NCBI GenBank assembly: GCA_963514005.1
Contig: OY740814.1
Location: 15,314,001-15,378,000, forward strand
Direction of reading: 5' to 3'
From: Raja brachyura
Taxonomy: Eukaryota
DNA length: 64,000 nucleotides
Part shown: piece by piece, positions 26,501 to 38,500 of the stretch
Layout: every line of letters begins with the position of its first letter
Position numbering within the stretch: the stretch's first letter is position 1
Notes under the pieces: generated by a model
Seen by the model: the letters and a program-made list of their open reading frames with translations, nothing else
Told to the model about the DNA's origin: nothing
Database searches by the model: none
Made by a program: the position numbers and the translations under genes

Positions 26501-29500
26501 ATATGGGCCAAATGCAGGCAAATGGAAATAGCTCAGATAGATGTCTTGATTGGTATGGATGATGTTGGGCCGAAGGGCCTGTTTCCATGCTATAGAATTA
26601 AATGACTCTGAATACAATTCATAATAGTGACTTAACATGGAGTTTAGTAATGCATTTTATTTGATTATGCTTTCTGGGATGTTTTACTGCATTATAAGAT
26701 GATACATAAATCAAAATTCTTGTTGATTCAAGATAATATTTTGCTTGATTCCATTTCTCGCGAGCAGTACAACAGAGACTACAGCTCGGAGGAGTACACC
26801 CACAGGCTGCAAACCTTCATCCAGAACAAGAGAAAGATTGATGACCACAACAGAAGCAGTCGTACCTTTCGCAGTGAGTTCACTCGAATATATTTACAGC
26901 TGGATATTTGGACCTTCTCCCTTCAACTATACAAAGAGCTGCGTGCTGATCACAGCAGAACAACGAAGCACGTTTAAAATTTAGATTGAGACTGTTCAAC
27001 AGAAAGCTCTCCTTCACACAAAATGATAGTCATCTCACTCCCTCTCCGTCTAACAAAAGATGGTTGGATGCGGCAGGGGAACAATATTAATGGACATAGA
27101 ACTAAAACAGATGGATGGTGTTGAGGGTCAGATTAGTGAAGATTTAAACCTGTGGCAGAATGGATTTTATAGACATGTCATCCAACCCTTATTCAAGTTC
27201 CTCCACTTCATCTGTTCCTAAATACCCTACACACTTAGATTGGATGGAGAGCACTGTCATGAGGCAGAGATCAACAGATTATAAAAAAAATAGTTTATAG
27301 TTATTTTTATTAACCATTTGATAAAACATCATGGATTAAAGTAGCTTCATTTTAACGATTGCCGTGCTAATTATAATCTCCATGTACAACAGCTGAAGGA
27401 ACATCACAGACTTAGTACAACAGTTTGGAGAAAAGCACTGCACTCTGTTAACTTTAAGGTTGTGAAGAAATACCATCAATATAAATGTTTAAAAAGGAAC
27501 TGCAGATGCTGGAAAATCGAAGGTAGACAAATATGCTGGAGAAACTCAGCTGATGAGGAAATGGGCAACGTTTCGGGTCTGAAGAGGGGTCTCGACCCGA
27601 AACGCCACTTATTTCCTTCGCTCCATAGATGCTGCCTCACCAGCATTTTTGTCTCCCATCAATATAAATGTTGTGTTTTGCATGCAAGCGTTACTATTTA
27701 CACTGTAATACCATTTTGGAGGAATAATGTCAAAACTTTAACTTCTCATATTTTGAATTCCCTTTCTACAGTGGGTCTCAACCAATATTCTGACATGACC
27801 TTCAGTGAGTTTAAGTCACTGTACTTGATGAAAGCACCACAGGTAACAGCTTCTTTCAGCTCTTTGCTGCTAACTTTCTACCTGGATTTCATGTTCATTC
27901 ACTGCCATCAAGCTTCTCTGCCCATTACTTATGGTTTCCCTTAAAAAAGGCACCATTGTGAAAAGATAAGGTCAATAGAGTAATTTGATATCCATGTATA
28001 AAACGCACAAAAAATATTGAGGAAGGCACAAATTAATGGCAACTACAGAGGGTCTTGATGGTATGTTTAACCTCAAATGAACTTTGTCTCCGACGCTTGC
28101 TCCTTCAGTTTTGTACAATTTTCTTTTGAAATGCTTCTCTGGTGGGCACCTCTCTTGTGTCTCGTTTAGATGATCATGAGTTCATTATGTGAACATGTGT
28201 CCATCTACATACACAATGTCAACATTCCCAATCCCAGTACAATGGAGGGCATTAGAAGCACTATCGATTAAATTTGTTTTAACCCAAATCAATCCACCAA
28301 GACACATGGTCAGAAGATGAAACAACACAATTTCAAAAATAAAACCCATAGCCCTGGCCCCTACTCTCAACTTTATCACATTGACATCTCCAAATTGGCT
28401 GCAGCCTTTCCTACAAAGTAACTTTTTCAAAAATACTTTGTTAAATGTAAAACATTTTGAGACACCCCTAATGCTTTAGAAATGCAAATGCTTTCTTTCA
28501 CTTGCTCTATAGTTGGCTTCAAACGTTCATGGCTCATTCATCCACATACTGATTTAAATCCTCTGTCATGATATTGTAGAGAAATTACCAGAGTTATGCT
28601 TTATATATATTTTTTCCCAGCTGTGTGGTTACTGCTGAATCTTATGTTGTTTCAGTAGTAACCAACTAACTAGGTTATACAAGTCAGGAAGCTTGTCAAA
28701 TGTGTAATTAATATCTTCACAATTATGAAACAAGAAAATCCTTGTACTTCACAGTGGAGAAACTCTTTAAAACTAACAGGATTATCTTGAACTTAAGAGT
28801 TGATGATTCAGCATGTACTATCACATGAAACATCCAGGTGCCTCACTAGAAAGAAAAGTGCAATGGTGCGGGTAGGATGGGATGCAGAATGATTCAAGGT
28901 ATTATTTTTCGAATTAGATCTTAAACTGTCCCCCAGCCCACCCTCCTTCTCAGTTGCAGACAATAGATTCCAAGGCACTATTTGCAGCAAGTTCCACCAG
29001 TGGCAAAGTGGACATTTGATGTCATTGTTCAACTTCCCCAATATATTGATGGATAGGACCGGTTTGGAGGGAATGGACGAAATGCAGGCAGGTGGAACTA
29101 GTATAGCTGGGACATGTTGCCGGTGTGGGCAAGTTGGGCTGAAAGGCCTGTTTTTACACTGTATCACTCTATGACTCTATTAGGAACCGACACTTGTCGC
29201 TGAGCTAAAAAAAAAAGTTTGATATAAATCTGAGTGATCTGCCTGTAGGCATTACCCTGATGAGGTATTTCATGGCAAAAGGGGCTTCCATCTGTAATGT
29301 GTGGTAAAATGTCCCATTCACAGGAAAAGTTGATAGCAGGCTAAACCATGCCACCTTAATTAGTTTGATTGTCAAGACTATCAATGCTTAATACAGTTGA
29401 CCTCTTCAAAATATTCCCAAACTTTTCAGAACTTTTAGCAAAACAAAGAAAAAGTCAGAAGTAAAAATTCTAAAATGCTTACATTTCTTAACATTAAAAA

Positions 29501-32500
29501 AAAAACAATTAAATGTTAAAGATTTTAAAAATGTTAAGATTATATGGTTTTATGTAAATAACATATGTATGTCTTTATATAATATCACTTATCCAAGGCT
29601 CTTCCATTCAAACCACTGGGTTTCCTGTTAATATTCCCTGTTTTCAGCTAGTCTGTTTGTTGTGGTCTTCATATGGAGCCTATAGTTGGAGCTGGGGGCT
29701 TTCCAGTGCCAAATTGCTTGATGGGGCATTAGTTCTTCTATTCACACATGTACAGAAGCCTTGCGCTTGCTGCAATTTCCAATACTGGAATCATTGCTGT
29801 AAACTTACTGGAAAATCCAAACCCCAAATACAAAATTAAAATATTTCAGGTGCTGGGAATCTGAAATGAAGAGCTAGTTCCAGACTGCAGTGAATAACAA
29901 TCCTTGTGCCTTGATAGTTTTGGGTTTATCTTTTCAAAATATAAATTGTTCTCTCTGCCTTGTAGAACTGCTCAGCTACACGAGGGAACCATTACTCAAA
30001 AGACGGCCCGTTACCCAAATCCATAGATTGGAGAAATAAAGGAAACTTTGTCACGCCCGTGAAAAATCAGGTAAAGACAAATGATTCACTCGATCAGGTA
30101 CTGAAAGAATAATAAGTTAACAAAAGTGGATGCTGGAAACCTGAAATAGAAACAAAATGCTGAGAGTATTAATCTGGTTATACAGCATATATCGGGGAGA
30201 AACAGATATAACATTTCTTTATAATCAATTGCAGATAAGGATAAAGCACACCGTGTCTATCAGCATTGTGTTGTTAGCTACTGAATTGGTGCTGAAGTGG
30301 ATTCTAAAGCAAGATGCACAGAAAGTAGTCTGATTTTACAGCTATGTCCCTTTACTCGGCAAAATGTCTACAGCCAACAGATGGCCAAAACTGTAGAAAA
30401 GCATACTATATTACAGCAAACTGCAAAGCTTAGAAGATGAAAGCAGAATACAAAATGATGGTTATAACATACACTTTCATGCATTTAGAACAGGTGATGG
30501 TTTTAGATAAAGTTCCCAACTACCTTTTTTTTTAAACCAGGAGAGAGGTCAATTATGTAGCCTTAACGTAATGTAATTCGCCCCTGCATGCCCAACTCAG
30601 AATTGATCATACACAATGGTGACACTATTGTCCTAAACTCATTGAGTTTCTTGAGCAAGAGTTTCAGGCAGTATTTACTCTCAACACACAGACTAAGATG
30701 GTGGTCAGGGCAGTGTCTACAGTCCTCGTCAGAAACTGATCCAGCTTCTCCTTGAAGACAGTGAGTCAACAACTACAGCAGCAGGTAGCAACACATTTCA
30801 ATGTTTAATTTCTCTCAGGAAAACAACTGGCCATCATCGCAGTACACTTACACCAATGGAGTTTAAGCTCAGTATCTTTCGTCTTCATTTGTTAAAATGA
30901 AATAATCTATAATTATATCATACAACTATGGCAGTTTGCCTTTAATTTGTATGTATCCAATCCCTAAAAAACAATAGTTCCCTAAACTGCTTCACACGCT
31001 TGTTATTAAAGTATATTTCTCATTTAACGATACATTATGGCAAATTGGTCAGAGAGGTAGATTTTTAAAATGAAAGGGGTAGAGAGGGAGATTGCCTTGG
31101 GTTTAAGGGCCTGTCCCACTTTCCCCAGTTATTCACGAATTGTCCCGAGTTTTCAAACTCGCAGAATGTTTGTAACGAGTCAGTGAATATATCGTAGCGG
31201 CTCGTTATGCCAGCCGTAGGTACTTGGGGCATCAGGTAAGTCGGGAAGCTTTTTCAGCATGATGAAAAATGTCCACGAGTAAACAAATAGCCCCGAGTAC
31301 CTACGGCTGCATAACGAGCCGCTACGATATATCCACGGACTCCTACAGACTCGTTACGAACATTCTGTGAGTTTGAAAACTCGGGAGAATTCGTGAATAA
31401 CTCTGGGAAAGTGGGACAGGCCCTTTCGGGTGTGAGCCCTCTAAGGAAGGTCTAAGTGGGATTGAAGGAGCAACTGCACTGACAGCAAAAGTACTTTTAG
31501 CTTGCAATCATGTCTATTTTCTGGTTTGAGTAAGGTTAATTACAGATTGCCATCTCTACAGGGTGGGTGTGGAAGCTGTTGGACCTTTTCTACTACAGGA
31601 TGTTTGGAATCTGCAATTGCAATACATTCAGGAAAACTGTTTTCACTGGTAAGTGTTGTTCCCAAACTTTGTTTATCCGAGTTATTGGACAACTTTCCAA
31701 AAATTGCATGAGGCTAACATATTTTCAAACTTCTTGTAGGCAGAACAGCAACTTGTAGACTGTGCTCAGAACTTTAACAACCATGGATGCTCTGGGTGAG
31801 TGAATGAGCTATGTGTTACACATTTTCAAATGGGACTTCTCGTATGTGGAACTAAGAAATTATTATCTGGTTCTTTTTTTAAGGACCTACCATCCTTATC
31901 ACAAAGCCTTTCTAAGGAAGAATTTATCTTCACACAATCTTTATTCCATATCTCTCACTTCTCAGAGGGATGGGAGAAATCTCTCTCCTAGTTCTGAAGA
32001 ATTCAAGTACTCTGCATGAAATCAAAATTGGATCACCATGATAAGTCTACCCAAAAGTAAAGAATACTGTGCTTTATGATTGTAATGCTTTTGATCTAAA
32101 ATAGGGACTCATTTTGTAACAAACTCCATGGCTATTTCCTATTTTACACTATTGTTTTCAATATTTCACCAGGGGCCTACCAAGTCAAGCCTTTGAATAC
32201 ATTAAGTACAACAATGGGTTGGAATCTGAAAAGGATTATCCTTATGAAGGAAAGGTGAGATTTTACATTTGTAACTACACAGTTGAATAGAATTGATTAA
32301 CTATCAAAATAGAATCACTTAACCTTTGCAAATGGACAAATAAATTGCTGGACGAGTTTTATAAAATGGCACTCCAAAATATACCTGTAAACTAACTTGG
32401 AGGATAGTAAAACCCGAAGTGAAAATAATGTGAATGTTGAAATTGAAGCATGTAATTAGTTGACTGATACTCTTCAGCATGTGCACTTTTATGATATCAG

Positions 32501-35500
32501 CAAGCAAGTCTCGTGCAACTATTTCCTTCTGGACATGTCACTGAATTATTATGTTTTTCCAATAAATGAGAGCGGCAGTGCAAGGGAGGGGAGAGGCCCA
32601 TGATTTCATGTTAGACCCATATTTAATCTTGGCTAGTGCTCATTTGGCTGATCTTGGTCAGGGTCTTAAAAAAAAAATCAGTTTAGTTTACTGCGAGAGC
32701 TCAAATAAGCTAAAGAAGATTTATGTACAGATTGTGTACAGTTTTGCTCTCCTAATTTGAGGTAGGACATCCTTGTGATTGAGGCAGTGCAGGGTAACTT
32801 CACGAGATTGATCTCTGAGATGGCGGGACTGTCATATGAGGAAAGAGTGAAAAGACTAGGCTTGTATTCAGTGGAGTTTAGAAGGATGAGGGGATATCTT
32901 ATAGAAACATATACAATTATAAAAGGACTGGACAAGCTGGATGCAGGAAAAATGTTCCCAATGTTGGGCGAGTCCAGAACCAGGGGCCACAGTCTTAGAA
33001 TAAAGGGGAGGTCATTTAAGACTGATGTGAGAAAAAACTTTTTCTCCCAGAGAGTTGTGAATGTATGGAATTCCCTGCCACAGAGGGCAGTGGAGGCCCA
33101 GTCACTGGATGGATTTAAGTGAGAGTTAGATAGAGCTCTTGGGGCTAGTGGAGTCAAGGGATATGGGGAGAAGGCAGGCATGGGTTATTGATAGGGGACG
33201 ATCAGCCATGATCACAATGAATGGCGTTGCTGGCTCGAAGGGCCGAACGGCCTCCTCCTGCACCTATTTTCTAAGATTTCACTAGAAGGCCTCATTTAGG
33301 AAGGCCAGCATTCATGCCCATCAATAAACGCTCATGAATGATTGGCTTGCTTGGCCCTTTCAGAGAACAGTTAAGATTCAATTGCATTGTGTGTGGGTCT
33401 TGAGACACAAAGATCAGACTGGGTTAATATGATGCACTTTCTTCTGTATTGAAATAGATGTGTTATTGTAACAACCAATAGTACAGGACACAGGAACGTA
33501 CATTATTTATAGTTCAAGCTGGTCACAGAAACTAATGCTGAATTACAGATGTAGTTAATTGATTTGACATTGATTCTAATGCAATACTCCAAATGTGGAT
33601 GAACCAAAGTCCTGTAAAGCTGCATCAGAACTCTCTGACTCTTGTACTCAATGCCCTGACCTATGAAAGCATTTGCCTTCTTTGCCACTTTCAGGGAGCT
33701 ATAAACAGGGACACCACATCAATGCTGTTAAAGTCAAGCCATTAATATATATTTTCCCCTTAATTTTGACCTCACAAAGCGGAATTTTGGCTTGCATTTT
33801 AATGGTTTGGTTACCGCGTATGGCTATTAATAATTAGTGTATATTTATTTGTTTTGTTATTGCATGAATGCGTCTGTAAAGCTGCAGCAAATAAGAATTG
33901 CATTGTTCTGTTCACAGTGTATATGATAATTAAACTCTCTTCACTTATCTTGAGATTGGATAGGCTGGGCTTGTTTTCCCCAGAGCAAAGGCAACCGAGT
34001 GACATTAACAAAAGGCATAGGTTTAAGTTGCGAGGAAGTAATTTTCAAGGAGATTTGAGGGAAAAGTTTATTTTTACAGAGAGTGGTTGAAAGAATCCCA
34101 GCCGCAAACACGCCTCGGACTACGTATAAATCCAACCCACATGATTACAGGCAGATAAAATTTAAAAGTAACTGGTTATGGTTATAACATACTAGGTTAA
34201 GCTAAATGGCTACTACATCTGGAACTTATTGCCAGAGAAGGTGTGGAATCGAATACAATCACTACTTTGAGATACTTAGACAGACACTTCCATAAGCAAG
34301 GATATGGTCTTAATAGGCGCACATAGGATGTGTAGGTGGGCAAGAAGGTCGACTGGCTTGGATGAAGAGCAAAAGGAACTGTTTTCTTGCTGTAAAACTA
34401 CGACTCACAAAAGGCATAGAATCAGGGGCACAAAGTCACAATAAAACTAAGCAGAATCAGCATGGTTTTAAAGAACAGAACTTGCGCTTCACTAACCTAT
34501 TACAGCTTCTAAAAATATAACTAGCAGGGGGCATTTAGAAGACAGGAGCGAGCCAGAGGGCATGTAATTTTGCATTTGCAGTAGGCCTTTGATCAGATGT
34601 CATGCAGTGGACTATTGAACAAGTTTAAAATTTGAGGTTGTGTATATATGTTGAAAACAGCATGAATTTGGATTCAGCACACTGACAGGCTGCAGGGTAA
34701 GAATACACAATCCATCCTTGGGGTAGCATAGATTAAAATAGTTACATGCCACAAGGACATGGTTGGGTCTATTTTTATAATTTATTTTCTTCAATGAGAG
34801 GACAATGTAGTATATTCATGATACATTATTGATCATAAAACGCTAGGTAAGATTATGAGGAGTCTACAAAGATGCATTTTGAGTGGGCAAAATTATAGCA
34901 GGTGGAGAATAAGGTGGTGAAATGTGAAATTTTCTGCTGCAGCAAGATATGGAAATGTAGGGGTTTTTTTTTAAAGTGTGAGACGGAGAAATGCAACTTG
35001 GAGAGATGTCTGTGCTCTTGTGTATAAAGCATAGAAGAATAACAACTAGATTCAGCAAAAGAGAGAAGTGATATGTAGTGGATTTGGATGTTACCATAAG
35101 GAAGGCTGGTTGCACCTATGCAGAGTTTTGGTAAACCTAGAGATCACAGGTGCTGGAATCCAGTACAAGAAGGATCTCGACCCAAAACATTACCCATTCC
35201 TTCTCTCCAGAGATGCTGCCTTGTGCTTGAGTTATGCCAGCATTTTGTGTCTATCTTCGGTTTAAACCAGAATCTGCAGTTCTATCCCACATGAAAAACA
35301 AACTGCTGGAAGAACTCAGCAGGTCACGATGTGGAGGCAGAGGTGGGCCAACATTTCAGGATGAGATCCTGCATCAGAACAAGATGCTAGGTCTTGACCC
35401 AAAACATCAACCATCCCTTTCGCCGCTGATATTGCCCGGCCCTCTGCCTTCCTCCAGCAGTTTATTTATTACTAGGTCCAACCATGGAGTACTTTGTACT

Positions 35501-38500
35501 GCTTTAATCTCTCCATTTACGATGCAAGTTTTTGAAGGGGTGCAATGGAGATTAACTAATCTCACAAAGTAATAAAGCTTAATACATTCATCTTCAAAAC
35601 TCAGACCCAAAATCTTAGAGTCTGTCCAACTTAAGCCGAGTGAAAAAGCAACCAAACTGCAGTTAATATTCCTATTATAATCTTCTTTCACCGCTCATGT
35701 TTCTACCAGAATGGATCTTGCAGGTTCCAGCCAAGCAAAGCAGTTGCATTTGTCAAAGATGTGGTGAACATTACAGAGGTAGGTTGCAAATCTTCCTGGA
35801 CGACAACACTCACTCACTCCTTTATAAACACAACTGAATTAAATTGGACCAGAACTCAATGCTCAAATTAATTTCAAAGCAAGAAGGACGGAATGACCTT
35901 GTATTTTTTCCATTGATCAAAAGGGGGCCATCGTAGCTTCAGAAGGGATGGACCATGCTTGACTATAATTATGGACAGGGAAATAATTATGGATGTCCGC
36001 ACAGATTTCTACAAGCCATTTGATAGTCTTTAATGTTATTAATTTATAGGATGTGGGCAGTGTTGGCAAGAGCAGCATTTATTGCCCACGCATAACTACT
36101 TAAGAATGTGATCTACATCAATGATTTGGATGAGAACATACAGGGCAAGATTCGCATGATTATCAGTCATTATGAGTATTGAGTATAGAAGTTAGGAGGT
36201 CATGTTGCAGTTGTATAAGTGATTGGTGACACCGCATTTAGAATATTGTGTTCAGTTCTGGGCACCATGTTATAGGAAAGATATTGTCAAGGTTGAAAGG
36301 GTTCAGAAAAGATTTACAAGGATGTTGCCAGGACTAGAGGGTGTGGGCTGTAGGGAGTGGCTGAGTAGGCTGGGTCTCTATTCCATGGAGCACAGGGGGA
36401 TGAGGAGGAATCTTATAGAAGTATACAAAATCATGAGAGGAATAGATCGGGTCGATGCACAGTCTTTTGTCCAGAGTAGGGGAATCGAGGACCAGAGGAC
36501 ATGGGTTCAAGGTGAAGGGAAAAGATTTAATAGGAATCCAAGGGGTAACTTCTTCACACGAAGGGGGGTGGGTGTATGGAACAAGCTGCCAGAGGAGATA
36601 GCTGAGGCTGGGACTATCCCATTGTTTAAGAAACAGTTAGACATGGATAGGACAGGTTTGGAGGGATATGAACCAAGTGCAGGCAAGTAGGACTAGTGTG
36701 GCTGGGACATTGTTGTCCCGGTGTGGGCAAGTTGGGCCGAAGGGCCAGTTTCCACACTGTAACACTCTATGGTGGTCACTATCCTCGTCCTTCTGCAGAG
36801 GGCTCAGGATAAGATGCACAGGTAATTCTTGCAACAATTTCAAACAAGATTGACAAAACCATCTCTAAACAGCATGTGAAAGGCAGCACATTGATGTAAT
36901 GTTAAAAGTTACAAAAACAGTCTTTGATCGCTCGAGGTGTAGCTGACATAATAAGTGACGGTTCAAAAGAACATAGAAATAGAAGTAACTTTCTAATTCA
37001 ACCCATTTTTTCCCTTTCTGAAAAGTTTTGTAGATTTATGTATACAAAATTAGTACACAATTTTTAAAATAATAAAGACCCTGGATATAAAGATTAACGG
37101 GAACAGTTGTGCTTCAGTTGTACACAAACACTTCTGACCTTGTCAAATTCGTATGCATTGGTCTTGAAAAAAGACCAAAAAGAGTTGTTTTTACCAGAAT
37201 GAGAATCTCGGGAAATTAAGAATCAAGCTTTTTAGTACTTAATAAACAAATACACACAAAAGGAATAATAAGTTTGAGACCAAATGTAAATTGATGCTCA
37301 ATTATTAATTTGAAACATGACCATTATGGCTTATTGGTGATCAAAACTACCAAAGAATATGTCATTATTTAACAGAAATATTATGATTCATTAGACAAAA
37401 CAGACCCAACAGGTTGAAAGCCTTAATTACAATTCCATGTCTAGTGTGTTATTATAGTACTTGTGGAAGTACATCAGTCTAACACCTTGTTTGTTTACAG
37501 TATGATGAAAATGGCATGGTGGATGCTGTGGCCAGATTGAATCCTGTCAGTATTGCATTTGAAGTGACTGATGATTTTTTAAGTTACAAAAGTGGTGTTT
37601 ATTCCAAGTAAGTTTCTTGAAGCCATAAGTACACAGTTCAGTTTCAAACGGCTCGGGTGTCACAAAAGACGTTTTGCTTATCAGCGTAAATAGAAAGTCT
37701 GAATTGCCTTAACGTCCAAGTGTAAATGCTGGGAGATCTGCAGGGAATTCGGCATCTCCCGGAAAGTTAATGCATTTTTGTAATGAAGTTGGTGGAAGTA
37801 AAATTATTATAGGCAAGTACTCCCCTCCACTGGATCCAGTATAACTGCATGCTAGTTCCGATCTTGCTGACCGTAGTGTCTCCAGCGATCCAGGGCCACT
37901 GCTGAGTTTTGTGTTCTCAGCAAGTTCATGTCACATTTAACTAATCAATAGACATTGTGGGTAAAATCTCTCAGTAATTATTAAATACCTTAGAGTCACG
38001 GTCATCCCTCATGTTTCCCATCTCCAATCCTCAAACCCCATTATTATGATCAAGCCAATCCCTCCAACCTACCTCTTCATCCACACTAACACTTTATGGC
38101 CTTGTCCATGTAAGGTGCACTCACGACCATGTATTAATAATGCAGAATTTTGAGCTCAATTTATTATAACTGGAAGGCTTCCATTTTTTAACAAATATTT
38201 GGTTACCAAAATACACCAACTATACCAAATAACACCAACATCACGACAGTGGGGTTGAATGCCCGTTTTGGTCTGTTCATAAATGCCTGTGTCAATCATG
38301 ATTGCTCTGCACATCAACATACCCTTTTATCCCTTTGCTTCTTTGATTATATAGATTCATGGAGAATCATGAGAGGCTTAGTTATGTCAATAGTTAAAGA
38401 CTTTTTCCCCCGAGGAGTCCAGAACTAGAGGGCATAGGCTTAAGGTGATTTGGGAAATATTTAAGTGATCTGAAACTAACAGTTTCTCCACACAGACCTC

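Noticed and set aside
26761-26767. GAGCAG tandem (NAGNAG) acceptor at CTSH exon 3
   Set aside because: GAG is a poor acceptor and the CAG gives the expected 106-nt exon; no evidence for alternative use.
31544-31561. Upstream TACAG acceptor 16 nt before CTSH exon 6
   Set aside because: It would frameshift the protease; the downstream AG gives the conserved 87-nt exon.
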